A model generated the notes under the pieces. It was not told the origin of the DNA and made no database searches. It saw only the letters and a program-made list of their open reading frames with translations. From NCBI GenBank assembly GCA_965226795.1, contig CBDDDZ010000005.1:2752001-2816000 (forward strand): a stretch of 64,000 nucleotides of DNA, written 5' to 3'. This document shows, piece by piece, positions 1 to 10,024 of the stretch (positions are counted from its first letter, which is position 1; the number at the start of each line of letters is the position of its first letter). The DNA comes from Candidatus Latescibacterota bacterium. GTDB lineage: Bacteria > Latescibacterota > UBA2968 > GCA-2709665. The position numbers and the translations under genes are program-made.

Positions 1-1460
1 AGCCGAAGTTTCCAAGCACCATGAATCTATCTGTTTTTCTGCGAGAATTCGAAAGAACGGGAAATCGCAATGCACTGGATATGGTACTGCTGACGCTGCG
101 AAAGATGGCACACGGCGGGATATACGATCATCTGGGCGGCGGATTTCATCGATACTCGGTTGACCATCGCTGGCTGGTCCCACACTTCGAGAAGATGCTT
201 TATGATAATGCCCTGTTGACCGGGCTCTATTTGGAAGCTTTTCAACTCACCGGAGAGCCGCTGTTCCAACAGATTGCACAGGAAACGCTGTCGTATGTCA
301 TGCGCGAGATGACCGATCCGCAGGGCGGATTCTATTCCACCCAGGACGCGGACAGCGAAGGGGAGGAGGGGAAATTTTTCGTCTGGGATCGGGAGGAGGT
401 GCACGCATTGCTGGGGGAAAAAGACGGTGGGCTGTTTTGCCGGCATTACGACGTGCGGCCGGAGGGAAATTTTGAACACGGCAAGAGCATTCTGAATATC
501 CCTGTGGAGACGCCGGAATTAGCCCGGTTCCTGGATGTGGACCCGGCGCGCCTGGAAGCCGCGACACGGCGCGGGCGGGAGGTGTTGGCAGCCGTTCGCG
601 AGGGCAGGATCAAGCCCGAACGGGATGAAAAGATCCAGGTAAACTGGAACGGTCTCATGATCTCGGCTTTCGCGCGTGCTTATCAGATTCTTGGAAGATC
701 AGAGTATCTGGAAACGGCCCAAAACGCGGCCGGTTTCATTCTTCAACATATGATGACGGAATCCGGACGTCTATTGCATTCGTACCAGGACGGGCGGGCC
801 CGGTTCGTAGGATACCAGGACGATTACGCCTTTTTCTGCTGTGGACTGCTCGACCTTTACGAAGCCTCCTTCGATACGGCATGGCTGGATGCGGCAGAGA
901 CGCTCACGGAGACGATGGTCGACGAGTTCTGGGACCCCGAGGAGGGTGGTTTCTATTTTACCGGAAAATCGAACGAAAAACTGATTGTCCGCTCCAAGAA
1001 TCCTTACGACAACGCGACCCCATCAGGAAATTCGTTGGCCGTAATGTCGCTAATGCGTCTGGGCACGATTCTGGACAGGCCGGATCTGTGGAAGAAGGCG
1101 GAGCAGACCCTGAAGCTTTTCGAACCGATGCTCCGCGAGATGCCGACCGGTTTTGGTCAGATGCTCTGCTGTCTGGATTTCTTCTCCCGGCGGCCGGTGG
1201 AGGTCGTACTGGTGGGCGAACCGGAGGCCATAGACATGAAAAATCTCCTGAAGGCCGCATACAGACGCCTGCTTTCCAACCGGGTGATTGTGCGTACGGA
1301 TCCAGAGAAACGTGACGATCTGTCACGGCGTATTCCACTTCTTTCCGGTAAGACGGCGCTTGACGGAAAACCCACCGCGTACGTGTGCAAAGATTCCGTC
1401 TGTTCCGCGCCGGTGACGACAGATGTCCAACTGGACGCGTTGTTAAAGGATTCGTCGTGA
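1..1460 (+). CDS. Thioredoxin-domain protein, YyaL/SPATA20 family (5' partial)
   Basis: Frame is open from the window edge (PKFP precedes the track's Met). Motifs GGIYDHLGGGFHRYSVD, VPHFEKMLYDN, DADSEGEEG, WNGLMI and C-terminal AYVC..C. Confidence 0.9.
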   Translation, partial: PKFPSTMNLSVFLREFERTGNRNALDMVLLTLRKMAHGGIYDHLGGGFHRYSVDHRWLVPHFEKMLYDNALLTGLYLEAFQLTGEPLFQQIAQETLSYVMREMTDPQGGFYSTQDADSEGEEGKFFVWDREEVHALLGEKDGGLFCRHYDVRPEGNFEHGKSILNIPVETPELARFLDVDPARLEAATRRGREVLAAVREGRIKPERDEKIQVNWNGLMISAFARAYQILGRSEYLETAQNAAGFILQHMMTESGRLLHSYQDGRARFVGYQDDYAFFCCGLLDLYEASFDTAWLDAAETLTETMVDEFWDPEEGGFYFTGKSNEKLIVRSKNPYDNATPSGNSLAVMSLMRLGTILDRPDLWKKAEQTLKLFEPMLREMPTGFGQMLCCLDFFSRRPVEVVLVGEPEAIDMKNLLKAAYRRLLSNRVIVRTDPEKRDDLSRRIPLLSGKTALDGKPTAYVCKDSVCSAPVTTDVQLDALLKDSS

Positions 1461-1521
1461 CAAACCTGAGAGCACCAACCACGGAAACACACTATACTTA
1501 AAGCCCTGACAGGAGGATGTG

Positions 1522-2067
1522 ATGGCATCGGTACTTGTGGTAGGAGATGGTCCAGGTGGCCTGAGCGCGGCCATGTTTCTCGCCAAGAACGGCATGGATG
1601 TGGCGGTATTCGGACAGGATGCAACGCCCATGCATAAGGCCCTGCTTTACAATTACCTGGGGATTCCAGAGTTGACCGGGAGCGAATTTCAACGAATCTC
1701 CCGGGATCAGGTAAGAGCGCAGGGTGCTCGCATCGAAGATGCGCAGGTCGCTGGCATTGAAAAGACCCAAACGGGATTCACGGTGACCACGGAGGGTGGG
1801 ACCACCCACGAAGGGAACTATCTGATCCTGGCGGCAGGAACCAATTTAAAACTGGGCGTGAGTATCGGGCTGGAGAGAGGTCCCGACGGGCTGGTATGCG
1901 ACAGGGACGGACGCACGGCCGTTGAAGGACTCTACGTGGTGGGTTGGAGTACGCGACTGCGGAAAACACAGGCGATTATTTCCGCCGGTCAGGGAGCGTC
2001 CGCCGCGCTCGATATTCTATCGACCGAGGCAGGAGAGGATGTACACGATTTCGATGTGGTGTCGTGA
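1522..2067 (+). CDS. Short FAD-dependent oxidoreductase (thioredoxin reductase-like)
   Basis: N-terminal VVGDGPGGLSAA Rossmann motif; GRTAVEGLYVVG and AIISAGQG; AGGAGG RBS upstream. Confidence 0.8.
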   Translation: MASVLVVGDGPGGLSAAMFLAKNGMDVAVFGQDATPMHKALLYNYLGIPELTGSEFQRISRDQVRAQGARIEDAQVAGIEKTQTGFTVTTEGGTTHEGNYLILAAGTNLKLGVSIGLERGPDGLVCDRDGRTAVEGLYVVGWSTRLRKTQAIISAGQGASAALDILSTEAGEDVHDFDVVS

Positions 2068-2177
2068 TACAACCGGGAAGAGACTCTTGCCTGGTATTGA
2101 CTCATCGAAGGCGCGGGGTCGTATTGACTGGAAATTGAATTGGCCCAGTGCGAAGGACGGCATTCTCCCCCAGTCGA

Positions 2178-2747
2178 TCAAAAATACCTGCGTGTCTTGC
2201 GGGGCGCTACCGGTTTCGGAAGCGCCTCGTTTTCCGGGATACCGTGGCTTTCAATAATGTCGCGTACCACATGGACCGGAAGTCCCATTCGGACGGCCAG
2301 CGCCATTGAATCACTTGGACGAGCGTCCATTTTAAATGTTGTTCCATCCGGTCCCTGCAGGGTTAGAACGGCAAAATACGTACTCCTCAGACGCCCATCT
2401 TCCAGCGGGCGAAGTTCGTCTATCACGATGGACCGAAGACGAACCCCGGCCTCCTCCATAACGTTGTGGAACAGATCGTGGGTGAACGGACGGGGAAACG
2501 CCTCGTTATTCAGTTTGCGCCAGATTGCCATCGCTTCACAGGGTCCGATCCAGATGGGCAGAAGTCGTGCGGTCTCGGTGTTTCGCAGAAAAACGATATA
2601 TTGATCTTCCGAATCCCGCCCAACCTGATGAACCTCGGTTTTTACCAGATCCTTATCCGCTGGATGTGCCGGCGGCGCAAGGGCACGGCTCAGACACAGC
2701 CATAAGGCGCAGAAAAACAACACCGAAGAACGGCATCTATCGTGCAT
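2178..2747 (-). CDS. Bifunctional nuclease family (DUF151) protein with putative signal peptide
   Basis: LPIWIGxxEA, PRPFTHDL and DARPSD motifs; hydrophobic N-terminus. Confidence 0.85.
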   Translation of the reverse strand: MHDRCRSSVLFFCALWLCLSRALAPPAHPADKDLVKTEVHQVGRDSEDQYIVFLRNTETARLLPIWIGPCEAMAIWRKLNNEAFPRPFTHDLFHNVMEEAGVRLRSIVIDELRPLEDGRLRSTYFAVLTLQGPDGTTFKMDARPSDSMALAVRMGLPVHVVRDIIESHGIPENEALPKPVAPRKTRRYF

Positions 2748-2873
2748 CCTGGTTCCTTTCAGTGCGTGTAAGGCTGGCGTTGTCCGACATGAAATCCGTG
2801 CTTTACAGGAATATACGCCGGTGCCTTTCGTAGGGCAATTCGAATTCTCGGCGGCGGCCGCGCTGCTTGGCGG

Positions 2874-2902
2874 TTGACAAGCACCTCTGAATGTGCTATC
2901 TT
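2874..2902 (+). promoter_or_regulatory. Sigma70-type promoter of the yicC-gmk-rpoZ-coaBC operon
   Basis: TTGACA (2874-2879), 17-nt spacer, TG extended -10, TATCTT (2897-2902). Confidence 0.7.
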
Positions 2903-2954
2903 TATTAGTTTCAGAATTTTACACTCTTTGTGCGACGTAGTGACTGGAGAACGC

Positions 2955-3833
2955 ATGGTAGTCAGCATGACGGGTTTTGGGAGGGGAGAAGCCGAAACAG
3001 ACGGCTATCGCGCCACAGTGGAGGTGAAGTCGGTCAACGGGCGTTACGGCGAGGTATCCGTCCATCTGCCCAGGCAACTATCGGCAATGGAACCCAAAAT
3101 TAAGGACCTGGTGCTTTCTGTTCTTTCCAGGGGCCACATCCGCGTCTCGCTGAACCTGAGCGGTAAAGCACTTGAACAGGGCATCCCGGTTCTGAACGAG
3201 CAGGTCTTCGAGGGGTATCGGAACGGGTTTGCACGGCTTCAGGAGCGTCTTGGTCTTTCAGATGCACCCGATCCCATGCAACTGGCGCTAATGCCAAACG
3301 TATTCGAGCTCGAATCCAGGGCGCCGGATTTGGAAGTCGCCTGGCAGGCAGTCGCGCCTGCCTGCGAACAGGCCGTAGCCCAGTGCCAGTCGATGCGAGC
3401 AAAAGAGGGCGAAAGGCTGGCAGCAGATTTCGTACAGCGCGTTCATCACCTTGAGGATCTGATTGTACAGGTCCAGAAGTTGGCACCCAGCCAAGTCGAA
3501 TCCGCGCGCAAGAAGCTCGACGAGAAACTCGGGGAACTGATCGCCCCGGGACAGGTTGACCAGAACCGCCTCATCACGGAAATCGCCTTGCTCGCCGAGC
3601 GAATAGACATTACCGAGGAAACGGTCCGCTTCCACAGCCACAACGAGCAGTTTCTGAAAACACTCGATCGAGACGAGCCAATCGGCCGACGTCTGAATTT
3701 CCTGCTCCAGGAAATGCTCCGGGAAGCGAATACTATCGGGTCCAAGACCGGCAACGTGGAAATCGCGCATCTGGTGGTCGGTGTCAAGGAAGAGATCGAG
3801 AAGCTCAAAGAGCAGGTGCAAAATATAGAATAA
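2955..3833 (+). CDS. yicC: YicC/YloC family endoribonuclease
   Basis: SMTGFG, EVKSVNGRY, GRRLNFLLQEMLREANTIGSK, KEQVQNIE; start moved to the ATG after the GGAGA RBS. Confidence 0.92.
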   Translation: MVVSMTGFGRGEAETDGYRATVEVKSVNGRYGEVSVHLPRQLSAMEPKIKDLVLSVLSRGHIRVSLNLSGKALEQGIPVLNEQVFEGYRNGFARLQERLGLSDAPDPMQLALMPNVFELESRAPDLEVAWQAVAPACEQAVAQCQSMRAKEGERLAADFVQRVHHLEDLIVQVQKLAPSQVESARKKLDEKLGELIAPGQVDQNRLITEIALLAERIDITEETVRFHSHNEQFLKTLDRDEPIGRRLNFLLQEMLREANTIGSKTGNVEIAHLVVGVKEEIEKLKEQVQNIE

Positions 3834-3853
3834 AGGCGTTATCGGTTCCACAG

Positions 3854-4558
3854 ATGGAAGAATCCTTCGGAATTGAGACCCTTCGAGAGCGACTCGATCG
3901 CGATCCCACGTCGTTTGCCGTGGTGCTGTCCGGTCCTGCGGGGGCAGGCAAGACATCAATCAGCCGGGGACTCCTGTCACACGACGACACCCTTCGGCGT
4001 TGCGTGACCACCACCACCCGTGCGAAGCGTCTCGACGAGACAGACGGAGTGGACTACCATTTCGTTTCGGAGGTGGAGTTTCGTTCCAAGTTGAAACAGG
4101 GGTGTTTTCTCGAATGGGCGGAGGTGTATGGCTTTCTTTATGGGTCGACTTTCGAGGCAGTTGCGCGCGCGCTTGAAAACGGCGGGGTGTTGCTGCTCGT
4201 GGTAGATGTACAGGGCACGGCGGCGTGGAAGCGTTTGCTCGTGGAACGGTGCGTAAGCGTGTTCGTCCTGCCGCCATCGGTCAACGCGCTTGAAAAGCGC
4301 CTGGGAGGGCGTCGGACCGAAGAGGTTGCCGCTTTGAAGCGCAGGTTGGAAAGTGCACGGATGGAGCTTGCCAAAGCCGTGGAATTCGATTATCTCGTCG
4401 TCAATACGGATTTGGATCATGCCATCGTCGATGTTGAGGAACTGATTCGCGTCGAGCGACGCAGGCCCTGGCGAACGCCGGATCTTCTCGCTGAATTCGG
4501 CCATGGGAACGCGCCTGTAGCGCAGCATTGCATCGGGCAGTCATATCGTCCTGAATAG
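3854..4558 (+). CDS. gmk: Guanylate kinase
   Basis: P-loop SGPAGAGKT, TTTTR, DGVDYHFVS, FLEWAEVYG; synteny with yicC and rpoZ. Confidence 0.93.
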   Translation: MEESFGIETLRERLDRDPTSFAVVLSGPAGAGKTSISRGLLSHDDTLRRCVTTTTRAKRLDETDGVDYHFVSEVEFRSKLKQGCFLEWAEVYGFLYGSTFEAVARALENGGVLLLVVDVQGTAAWKRLLVERCVSVFVLPPSVNALEKRLGGRRTEEVAALKRRLESARMELAKAVEFDYLVVNTDLDHAIVDVEELIRVERRRPWRTPDLLAEFGHGNAPVAQHCIGQSYRPE

Positions 4559-4625
4559 ATTTGCGTCCGGAATTTCGACGTCGACCACAGACAGCCAAGC
4601 CCTATAAATGGAGGACTATGTCCAA

Positions 4626-4844
4626 ATGTCACGGATTTTCTTCCTTGAAGAGATCAGCAACGACGAAGTGAATCCATACGAGGCGGTCCGCGCCGCGTCG
4701 ACAGAGTCCCGCCGGATCAACCAGGCTCGGATGGCCAGAGACGTATCGGGAGAGGCGGAAAAACCCACAACGCTGTCGCTTGATCGCCTGTCGAAGGGCA
4801 AATTACAGATTTCGTACGACCGCGATGAGGAAACGGAACTGTAA
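4626..4844 (+). CDS. rpoZ: RNA polymerase omega subunit
   Basis: Small ORF between gmk and coaBC with NPYEAV..AS..SRRIN and KPTTLSL; GGAGG RBS upstream. Confidence 0.75.
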   Translation: MSRIFFLEEISNDEVNPYEAVRAASTESRRINQARMARDVSGEAEKPTTLSLDRLSKGKLQISYDRDEETEL

Positions 4845-4845
4845 G

Positions 4846-6045
4846 ATGGCAATGCCGACAAAAATGAGGATCCTTCTGGGGATTAGCGGTGGGATTGCCG
4901 CCTACAAGGGCGTTGAAGTGCTTCGCGGCCTGCAGCGTGAGGGTGCCGAGGTGCGGGTGGTGATGACAGCTGCGGCACAGAAATTCATACGTCCGTTGAC
5001 GTTTGAAGCGATCTCCGGCCACCGTGTCTACACCCACCTTTTTCCTGAGGCGGGTGATCCGGAGGTTATCCACGTCACGTTGGGTGAATGGCCCGACCTG
5101 ATTCTCATTGCTCCGGCAACGGCCAATCTGATCGGTAAAATGGCAAACGGCCTGGCGGACGATTTACTTACGTGCACAGTGCTTTCCAGTGAGGCGAAGG
5201 TGATGTTGGCGCCCGCGATGGAAACGGCAATGTACCGGCATCCTGCTTCACAACGCAATCTTCAGCGACTTGCCGATATGGGATATCTTTTGATAGGCCC
5301 TGAGAGGGGTGTGCTCGCATCGGGCCGAAGCGGAGTGGGGCGCCTTGCAGATCCGGAACGAATCGTTTCGGAGGCCGTATCCACAGCGGCGACCTGCGGA
5401 GACCTTTCGGGACGAAAGATTGTCGTGACGGGTGGACGGACGGAAGAAGATATCGACCCGGTTCGCTTTATCACAAATCGATCCACGGGAAAAATGGGGT
5501 ACGCAGTGGCACGCCGGGCCAGGCAGCGTGGCGCGGAGGTCGTGCTGGTGAGCGGCCCGAGCAATTTGGAACCACCCGCGGGGGTGAACCTCATTCGAGT
5601 AAGAACGGTGTCTGAAATGCGCACGGCGACCGAATCGGCATTTGTAGGGGCGAATGCTCTGGTAATGACGGCGGCCGTGTTGGATTTCAGACCTCGCGCC
5701 TACTCTGACAGGAAAATCAAAAAAAGCGGCAACGGGCTGAGTCTGGATCTGGTCCTGAACGAGGATTTTCTAGTGGAACTTGGAGCCCGGAAAAAAGACC
5801 GGGTTGTGGTCGGATTTGCGATGGAAACTGAAAATGGCCTCTCTAACGCACAAAAGAAACTCGAAGAGAAACACCTGGATCTGATTATTCTGAACGATTT
5901 GAATGTGGCCGGCGCCGGATTCGGCGTCGACACCAATGTGGTCACACTGATCGACGCGGGCGGTGTGGCAGAACCGTTGCCGAAAATGTCGAAGCTCGAG
6001 GTTGCGGACCGGATTCTGGATTGGGTAAAAAATCGGTGGACATAG
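4846..6045 (+). CDS. coaBC: Bifunctional phosphopantothenoylcysteine decarboxylase/synthetase
   Basis: GISGGIAAYK, APATAN, APAMETAM, DPVRFITNRSTGKMG, GFAMET. Confidence 0.95.
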   Translation: MAMPTKMRILLGISGGIAAYKGVEVLRGLQREGAEVRVVMTAAAQKFIRPLTFEAISGHRVYTHLFPEAGDPEVIHVTLGEWPDLILIAPATANLIGKMANGLADDLLTCTVLSSEAKVMLAPAMETAMYRHPASQRNLQRLADMGYLLIGPERGVLASGRSGVGRLADPERIVSEAVSTAATCGDLSGRKIVVTGGRTEEDIDPVRFITNRSTGKMGYAVARRARQRGAEVVLVSGPSNLEPPAGVNLIRVRTVSEMRTATESAFVGANALVMTAAVLDFRPRAYSDRKIKKSGNGLSLDLVLNEDFLVELGARKKDRVVVGFAMETENGLSNAQKKLEEKHLDLIILNDLNVAGAGFGVDTNVVTLIDAGGVAEPLPKMSKLEVADRILDWVKNRWT

Positions 6046-6701
6046 ACATTGAGGCGAGAGAGACGCTGGAATCGGTACGAACGTTCCTGAAGACCCAGGC
6101 GGAATACGGTCTGACAGAGTTCACAGTCGCGCGGACGGATACAGGCGCAAGGCTTTCGGATTTTCACAAATCGATCCGCGACTGCCGGATGTGCGGGCTT
6201 TCGGAGGGACGGCGCAACGTTGTCTTTGGCAGCGGCGACCCGAATGCAGACCTGATGTTCGTCGGGGAGGCGCCCGGAGCGGATGAAGACAGGACGGGGC
6301 TGCCGTTCGTCGGGACAGCCGGAGAATTACTGACCCGTATGATTGAGGCGATCGGGTTCAAACGTGAAGAGGTCTATATCGCCAATGTAATCAAATGCAG
6401 GCCGCCGGGAAACCGGGACCCCCAGCCGGAAGAAGTGGATACGTGCAAGCCCTATCTCGAACGGCAGATTGAGCACATACAGCCGGTTGTAATCTGCGCG
6501 CTGGGTCGATTCGCCGCGCAGACGCTCCTGGATACGGACGAACCTCTGGGCAACCTGCGGGGTCGGCTTTTTTCGTACCGAGGCATTCAACTGATTCCCA
6601 CCTATCATCCGGCCGCACTGCTGCGAAACCAGCAATGGAAGCGCCCCGCCTGGCAGGATTTGCAGCTTCTCAGGCGAGTGTACGACGGCGCCGCCGGTTA
6701 A
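6036..6701 (+). CDS. Uracil-DNA glycosylase, family 4 (Fe-S)
   Basis: Cxx[30 protein letters not shown]. Confidence 0.92.
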   Translation: MDIDIEARETLESVRTFLKTQAEYGLTEFTVARTDTGARLSDFHKSIRDCRMCGLSEGRRNVVFGSGDPNADLMFVGEAPGADEDRTGLPFVGTAGELLTRMIEAIGFKREEVYIANVIKCRPPGNRDPQPEEVDTCKPYLERQIEHIQPVVICALGRFAAQTLLDTDEPLGNLRGRLFSYRGIQLIPTYHPAALLRNQQWKRPAWQDLQLLRRVYDGAAG

Positions 6702-6764
6702 GGACACCCGTGTATCCTGCATCCCGGGGGTCGGAACAAGGTCCCATTTTGGTTGTGTAAACCT

Positions 6765-8144
6765 ATGGCTTCCCTACCAACGAGCGCACAGATACCCCTA
6801 GATCGTCCACAGCCCCAGGCGCTGGAGGTCGAACGGGCAGTTCTGGGCGCCATGTTTATTGACAACACGGCCATAAGCCGGGTGATTGAGGTCCTGGGCG
6901 ACGAGACGGCGTTTTACCATTCCGCAAACCGCAGGGTATATGCGGCCGTCCTCTCCCTGTCCGAGCGGGGACTGCCGGTCGATGAAGTGACGGTTGCGGA
7001 AGAGTTGAAGCGGCGCGGGCAATTTGAAGACGTGGGCGGGTACGCCTATGTTGCCGGCCTGGGTGGTGAAATGGCGACCAGCGCAAACGCGGAATACCAC
7101 GCCAGGATCGTGCTTGAGCGCGCTCAGCGTCGCAGGTTAATCGATGCATCCACGCAGACGATTGGCGAGTGCTTTGACGACGCGGAAGATGTTAAAGAGG
7201 TGATAGACCGTGCAGAGCAACGGGTATTTCGAATCGCGGAAGGCGAACTCGGACAGGGCGTCGTGTCTCTCGAGTCCAAACTGCACGAGACATTCGAACT
7301 CATTGAAAAAGCCCAAAAACAGGTCGGCGCCCTGTCGGGCGTTACCACAGGATATCGTGATCTCGATGCAATAACCGCGGGGCTGCAGCCATCGGATTTA
7401 ATTATAATTGCATCCCGGCCGGCAATGGGAAAGACTGCGCTGACGCTCTGCATGGCGCGCAATGCCGCCGTAAGGGAGAAAACCCCGGTACTCTATTTCT
7501 CTCTGGAGATGAGTATGCAGCAACTGGCATTACGTTTGCTTTGCGCCGAAGCCCGGGTGGCGCCCCACCTAGTGCGTACGGGGAGGCTGTCGGCGGACGA
7601 GTGGCAGCGACTGGCGACCCGGACCGGAAAGCTGTCGGAGGCGCCGTTTTTTATTGACGACACGCCAGGTATCTCCATCCTGGAATTGCGGGCCAAAGCC
7701 CGGCGCACGAAGGTCGAACACGACATCGGCCTTATCGTTGTGGATTATCTACAGCTGATGACCACCTCAGGGAGGGTGGACAACCGGGAACAGGAAATCG
7801 CAAGTATTTCTCGCTCGCTCAAAGCGTTGGCCAAGGAGCTGGATCTACCCGTCGTCGCCTGTGCGCAGCTGTCGCGAGCAGTTGAGTCCAGGCCGGACAA
7901 ACGGCCGCAGCTTTCCGACTTGCGCGAAAGCGGTAGCATTGAGCAGGACGCGGACGTAGTCGCGTTTCTCTATCGGCCGGAAATGTATGGTATTCAGGAT
8001 GAAGACGGCAATCCACAGGAGGGGAAGGCTGAGATCATTATCGGTAAGCAACGCAACGGACCGACAGGCAGCGTGTCTCTCACGTTTCTGGGCGGGTATA
8101 TGCGATTTGAGGAACCTGAGATTTATCGTGAAGAGCCTTTCTGA
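6765..8144 (+). CDS. dnaB: Replicative DNA helicase
   Basis: Walker A SRPAMGKT, FSLEM, VDYLQLM, QLSR, DLRESGSIEQDAD, KQRNGPTG; no intein. Confidence 0.97.
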   Translation: MASLPTSAQIPLDRPQPQALEVERAVLGAMFIDNTAISRVIEVLGDETAFYHSANRRVYAAVLSLSERGLPVDEVTVAEELKRRGQFEDVGGYAYVAGLGGEMATSANAEYHARIVLERAQRRRLIDASTQTIGECFDDAEDVKEVIDRAEQRVFRIAEGELGQGVVSLESKLHETFELIEKAQKQVGALSGVTTGYRDLDAITAGLQPSDLIIIASRPAMGKTALTLCMARNAAVREKTPVLYFSLEMSMQQLALRLLCAEARVAPHLVRTGRLSADEWQRLATRTGKLSEAPFFIDDTPGISILELRAKARRTKVEHDIGLIVVDYLQLMTTSGRVDNREQEIASISRSLKALAKELDLPVVACAQLSRAVESRPDKRPQLSDLRESGSIEQDADVVAFLYRPEMYGIQDEDGNPQEGKAEIIIGKQRNGPTGSVSLTFLGGYMRFEEPEIYREEPF

Positions 8145-8253
8145 TGGCGCGCATGCAGCAGGTCGTATTGGGAGGGCGAACCGCCGGCCTTCCCGGCAGT
8201 AACCGACAACGGGTCGAATCAGATCAATGCAAATTTCATTCCGAGGGAAATAT

Positions 8254-8892
8254 ATGGAAGATCAACGATCTCCCGAGAGGCTATCCAAGCTGCTGTCTCT
8301 AATGCTTCGGCATCGGCCGGAAGAGTTCGGCATCGAGGTCGACGGGTACGGCTATGCGGATTTCCACGCGGTGTTAACTGCACTGAAGAAACAGGATGAA
8401 GATATCGAAGCCGGAGATGTGGAAGCACTGATATACAGGGCCGAAAAGCAACGGTTCGAGATTGTCGAAGGGCGAATTCGGGCGCGCTATGGTCATAGCT
8501 TTGCCATGGAACTGGGAACCGACCCCGTGGAACCTCCTGAACACCTCTACAAGGGCTCAGGCGAATCCGAAGTGAAAGAAATTCTGAGATCGGGCCTGAA
8601 GCCCGTAGACAGGCAGTACGTACACCTCTCGTTCGAAGCCGATGTCGCGCAGAGGTTGGCAGGACACAGGCGCGGGCCAGGGGTTGTGATACGGGTGGAG
8701 GCGCGCCGGGCGGCCGCGGACGGTATTCAATTTTTCGATTGTGGACCCACGATCCTTGCACGGGAGATTCCATCGGAATTTCTCTCCATGGATGAGAGAC
8801 CGACCGTGGCGGTGGATGGCGGCGTGACGAAGCAACAAAGTGAGGGTCCGGTGACGTACGGAAGAAAACGCAGATTCAGGTCCCGGCGATAG
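8254..8892 (+). CDS. kptA: RNA 2'-phosphotransferase (Tpt1/KptA)
   Basis: LSKLLSLMLRH, KQRF, IRARYGHS, RQYVHLS. Confidence 0.85.
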   Translation: MEDQRSPERLSKLLSLMLRHRPEEFGIEVDGYGYADFHAVLTALKKQDEDIEAGDVEALIYRAEKQRFEIVEGRIRARYGHSFAMELGTDPVEPPEHLYKGSGESEVKEILRSGLKPVDRQYVHLSFEADVAQRLAGHRRGPGVVIRVEARRAAADGIQFFDCGPTILAREIPSEFLSMDERPTVAVDGGVTKQQSEGPVTYGRKRRFRSRR

Positions 8893-9010
8893 CACCCACA
8901 CCCGGCTGCCCTGCAGACGCTGGTCAGAAATAGGGCTGTTTCCGATCAGTTCGGCGATCTTTCCCATGCCTCTCCCCTTCATTTTATCCTCGACGGGAGA
9001 TGGACATCCG

Positions 9011-9907
9011 ATGGCAAAAGAAGAACGGGCTAGAGCCCACGCGTTGTTGAAAACCGCCGCGAAACTCTCCGGCGAGATTGGCGCCGATCTCGTGTTGCTC
9101 TTGGCGGATTCCGGCGTGAACCGTACCGCCGTGCAAGCCCTGAATGAAGTCTGTCCGGTGCTGCTGGTCACCCGACACAATCGGTTTCTTCAGGGCATTG
9201 ACGGCGTGGGCATCCACAGGTTGAGGTTCGATTTTGACCTTGACGATGTTTCCTATTTCGAACGGGTACGACAGGGCATTGTGCTGGGCATGGAGGGCGG
9301 CCACATTAAAAAGGGCAGCCAGCTGATCTGCCTTACTAATGTCATGGGACACGGTGGTGTGGATACGCTGATGACCGTGGACACCCGCTGGGCGTTCGAG
9401 GATTTCGATCCGGAAAGTCTGGCGATGCTGGCCGGCGATCTGCCCATTGAAGTTGTCAAATCTGTGCTGGATATCGCCCTTGACATCGGAAGGGAGGGCC
9501 GGGAAGGAGAACAGATTGGCACCCTCTTCGTCCTTGGTGATTCGGACCGCGTCCTGGCTAATTCACGCGTGATGACGTATGATCCGTTCCGCGGGTACTC
9601 AAAACGGGAGCGGAACATCTGCGACCCCGACAACCGGGAAGGCGTGAAGGAGGTTGCCCTGATGGACGGCGCCTTCATCGTCCATCAGGATGGCGTTATA
9701 CGCTCAGGTTGTCGTTATATCACCTCCTATGTGAGGGGTCTCACCCTGCCCAAGGGACTCGGCGCACGGCACGTTGCGGCAGCGGCGGTAACCAAAAACA
9801 CCAACGCCATCGCGGTGGCGGTTTCGGAATCGACCGGAACGGTCCGTGCTTTTAAATGCGGAGAGATTGTGCTTCGGCGAGATCCGAACCGCCGAACCGC
9901 CCGTTAA
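9011..9907 (+). CDS. Diadenylate cyclase, DacZ-like (DisA_N/DAC domain)
   Basis: GREGREG..IGTLFV, MDGAF (DGA motif), GLGARH.AAA, VSESTG. Confidence 0.85.
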   Translation: MAKEERARAHALLKTAAKLSGEIGADLVLLLADSGVNRTAVQALNEVCPVLLVTRHNRFLQGIDGVGIHRLRFDFDLDDVSYFERVRQGIVLGMEGGHIKKGSQLICLTNVMGHGGVDTLMTVDTRWAFEDFDPESLAMLAGDLPIEVVKSVLDIALDIGREGREGEQIGTLFVLGDSDRVLANSRVMTYDPFRGYSKRERNICDPDNREGVKEVALMDGAFIVHQDGVIRSGCRYITSYVRGLTLPKGLGARHVAAAAVTKNTNAIAVAVSESTGTVRAFKCGEIVLRRDPNRRTAR

Positions 9908-10024
9908 ACGGTCGGTTCGGGTTGCTGTACACGGGGTGAGAAAAGGCTGGTTAAGGAAAATTAACGAAACGGGGATCCCGGGGAACCATTGCCACTTCCA
10001 GCGGGACCCATCGGAAGAAGTTCG

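Noticed and set aside
2874..2954. Track start for yicC at TTG 2874
   Set aside because: This TTG is part of the -35 box of the promoter; the family N-terminus begins at MVVSMTGFG.
6765..8144. Intein in dnaB
   Set aside because: Normal length and contiguous helicase motifs.
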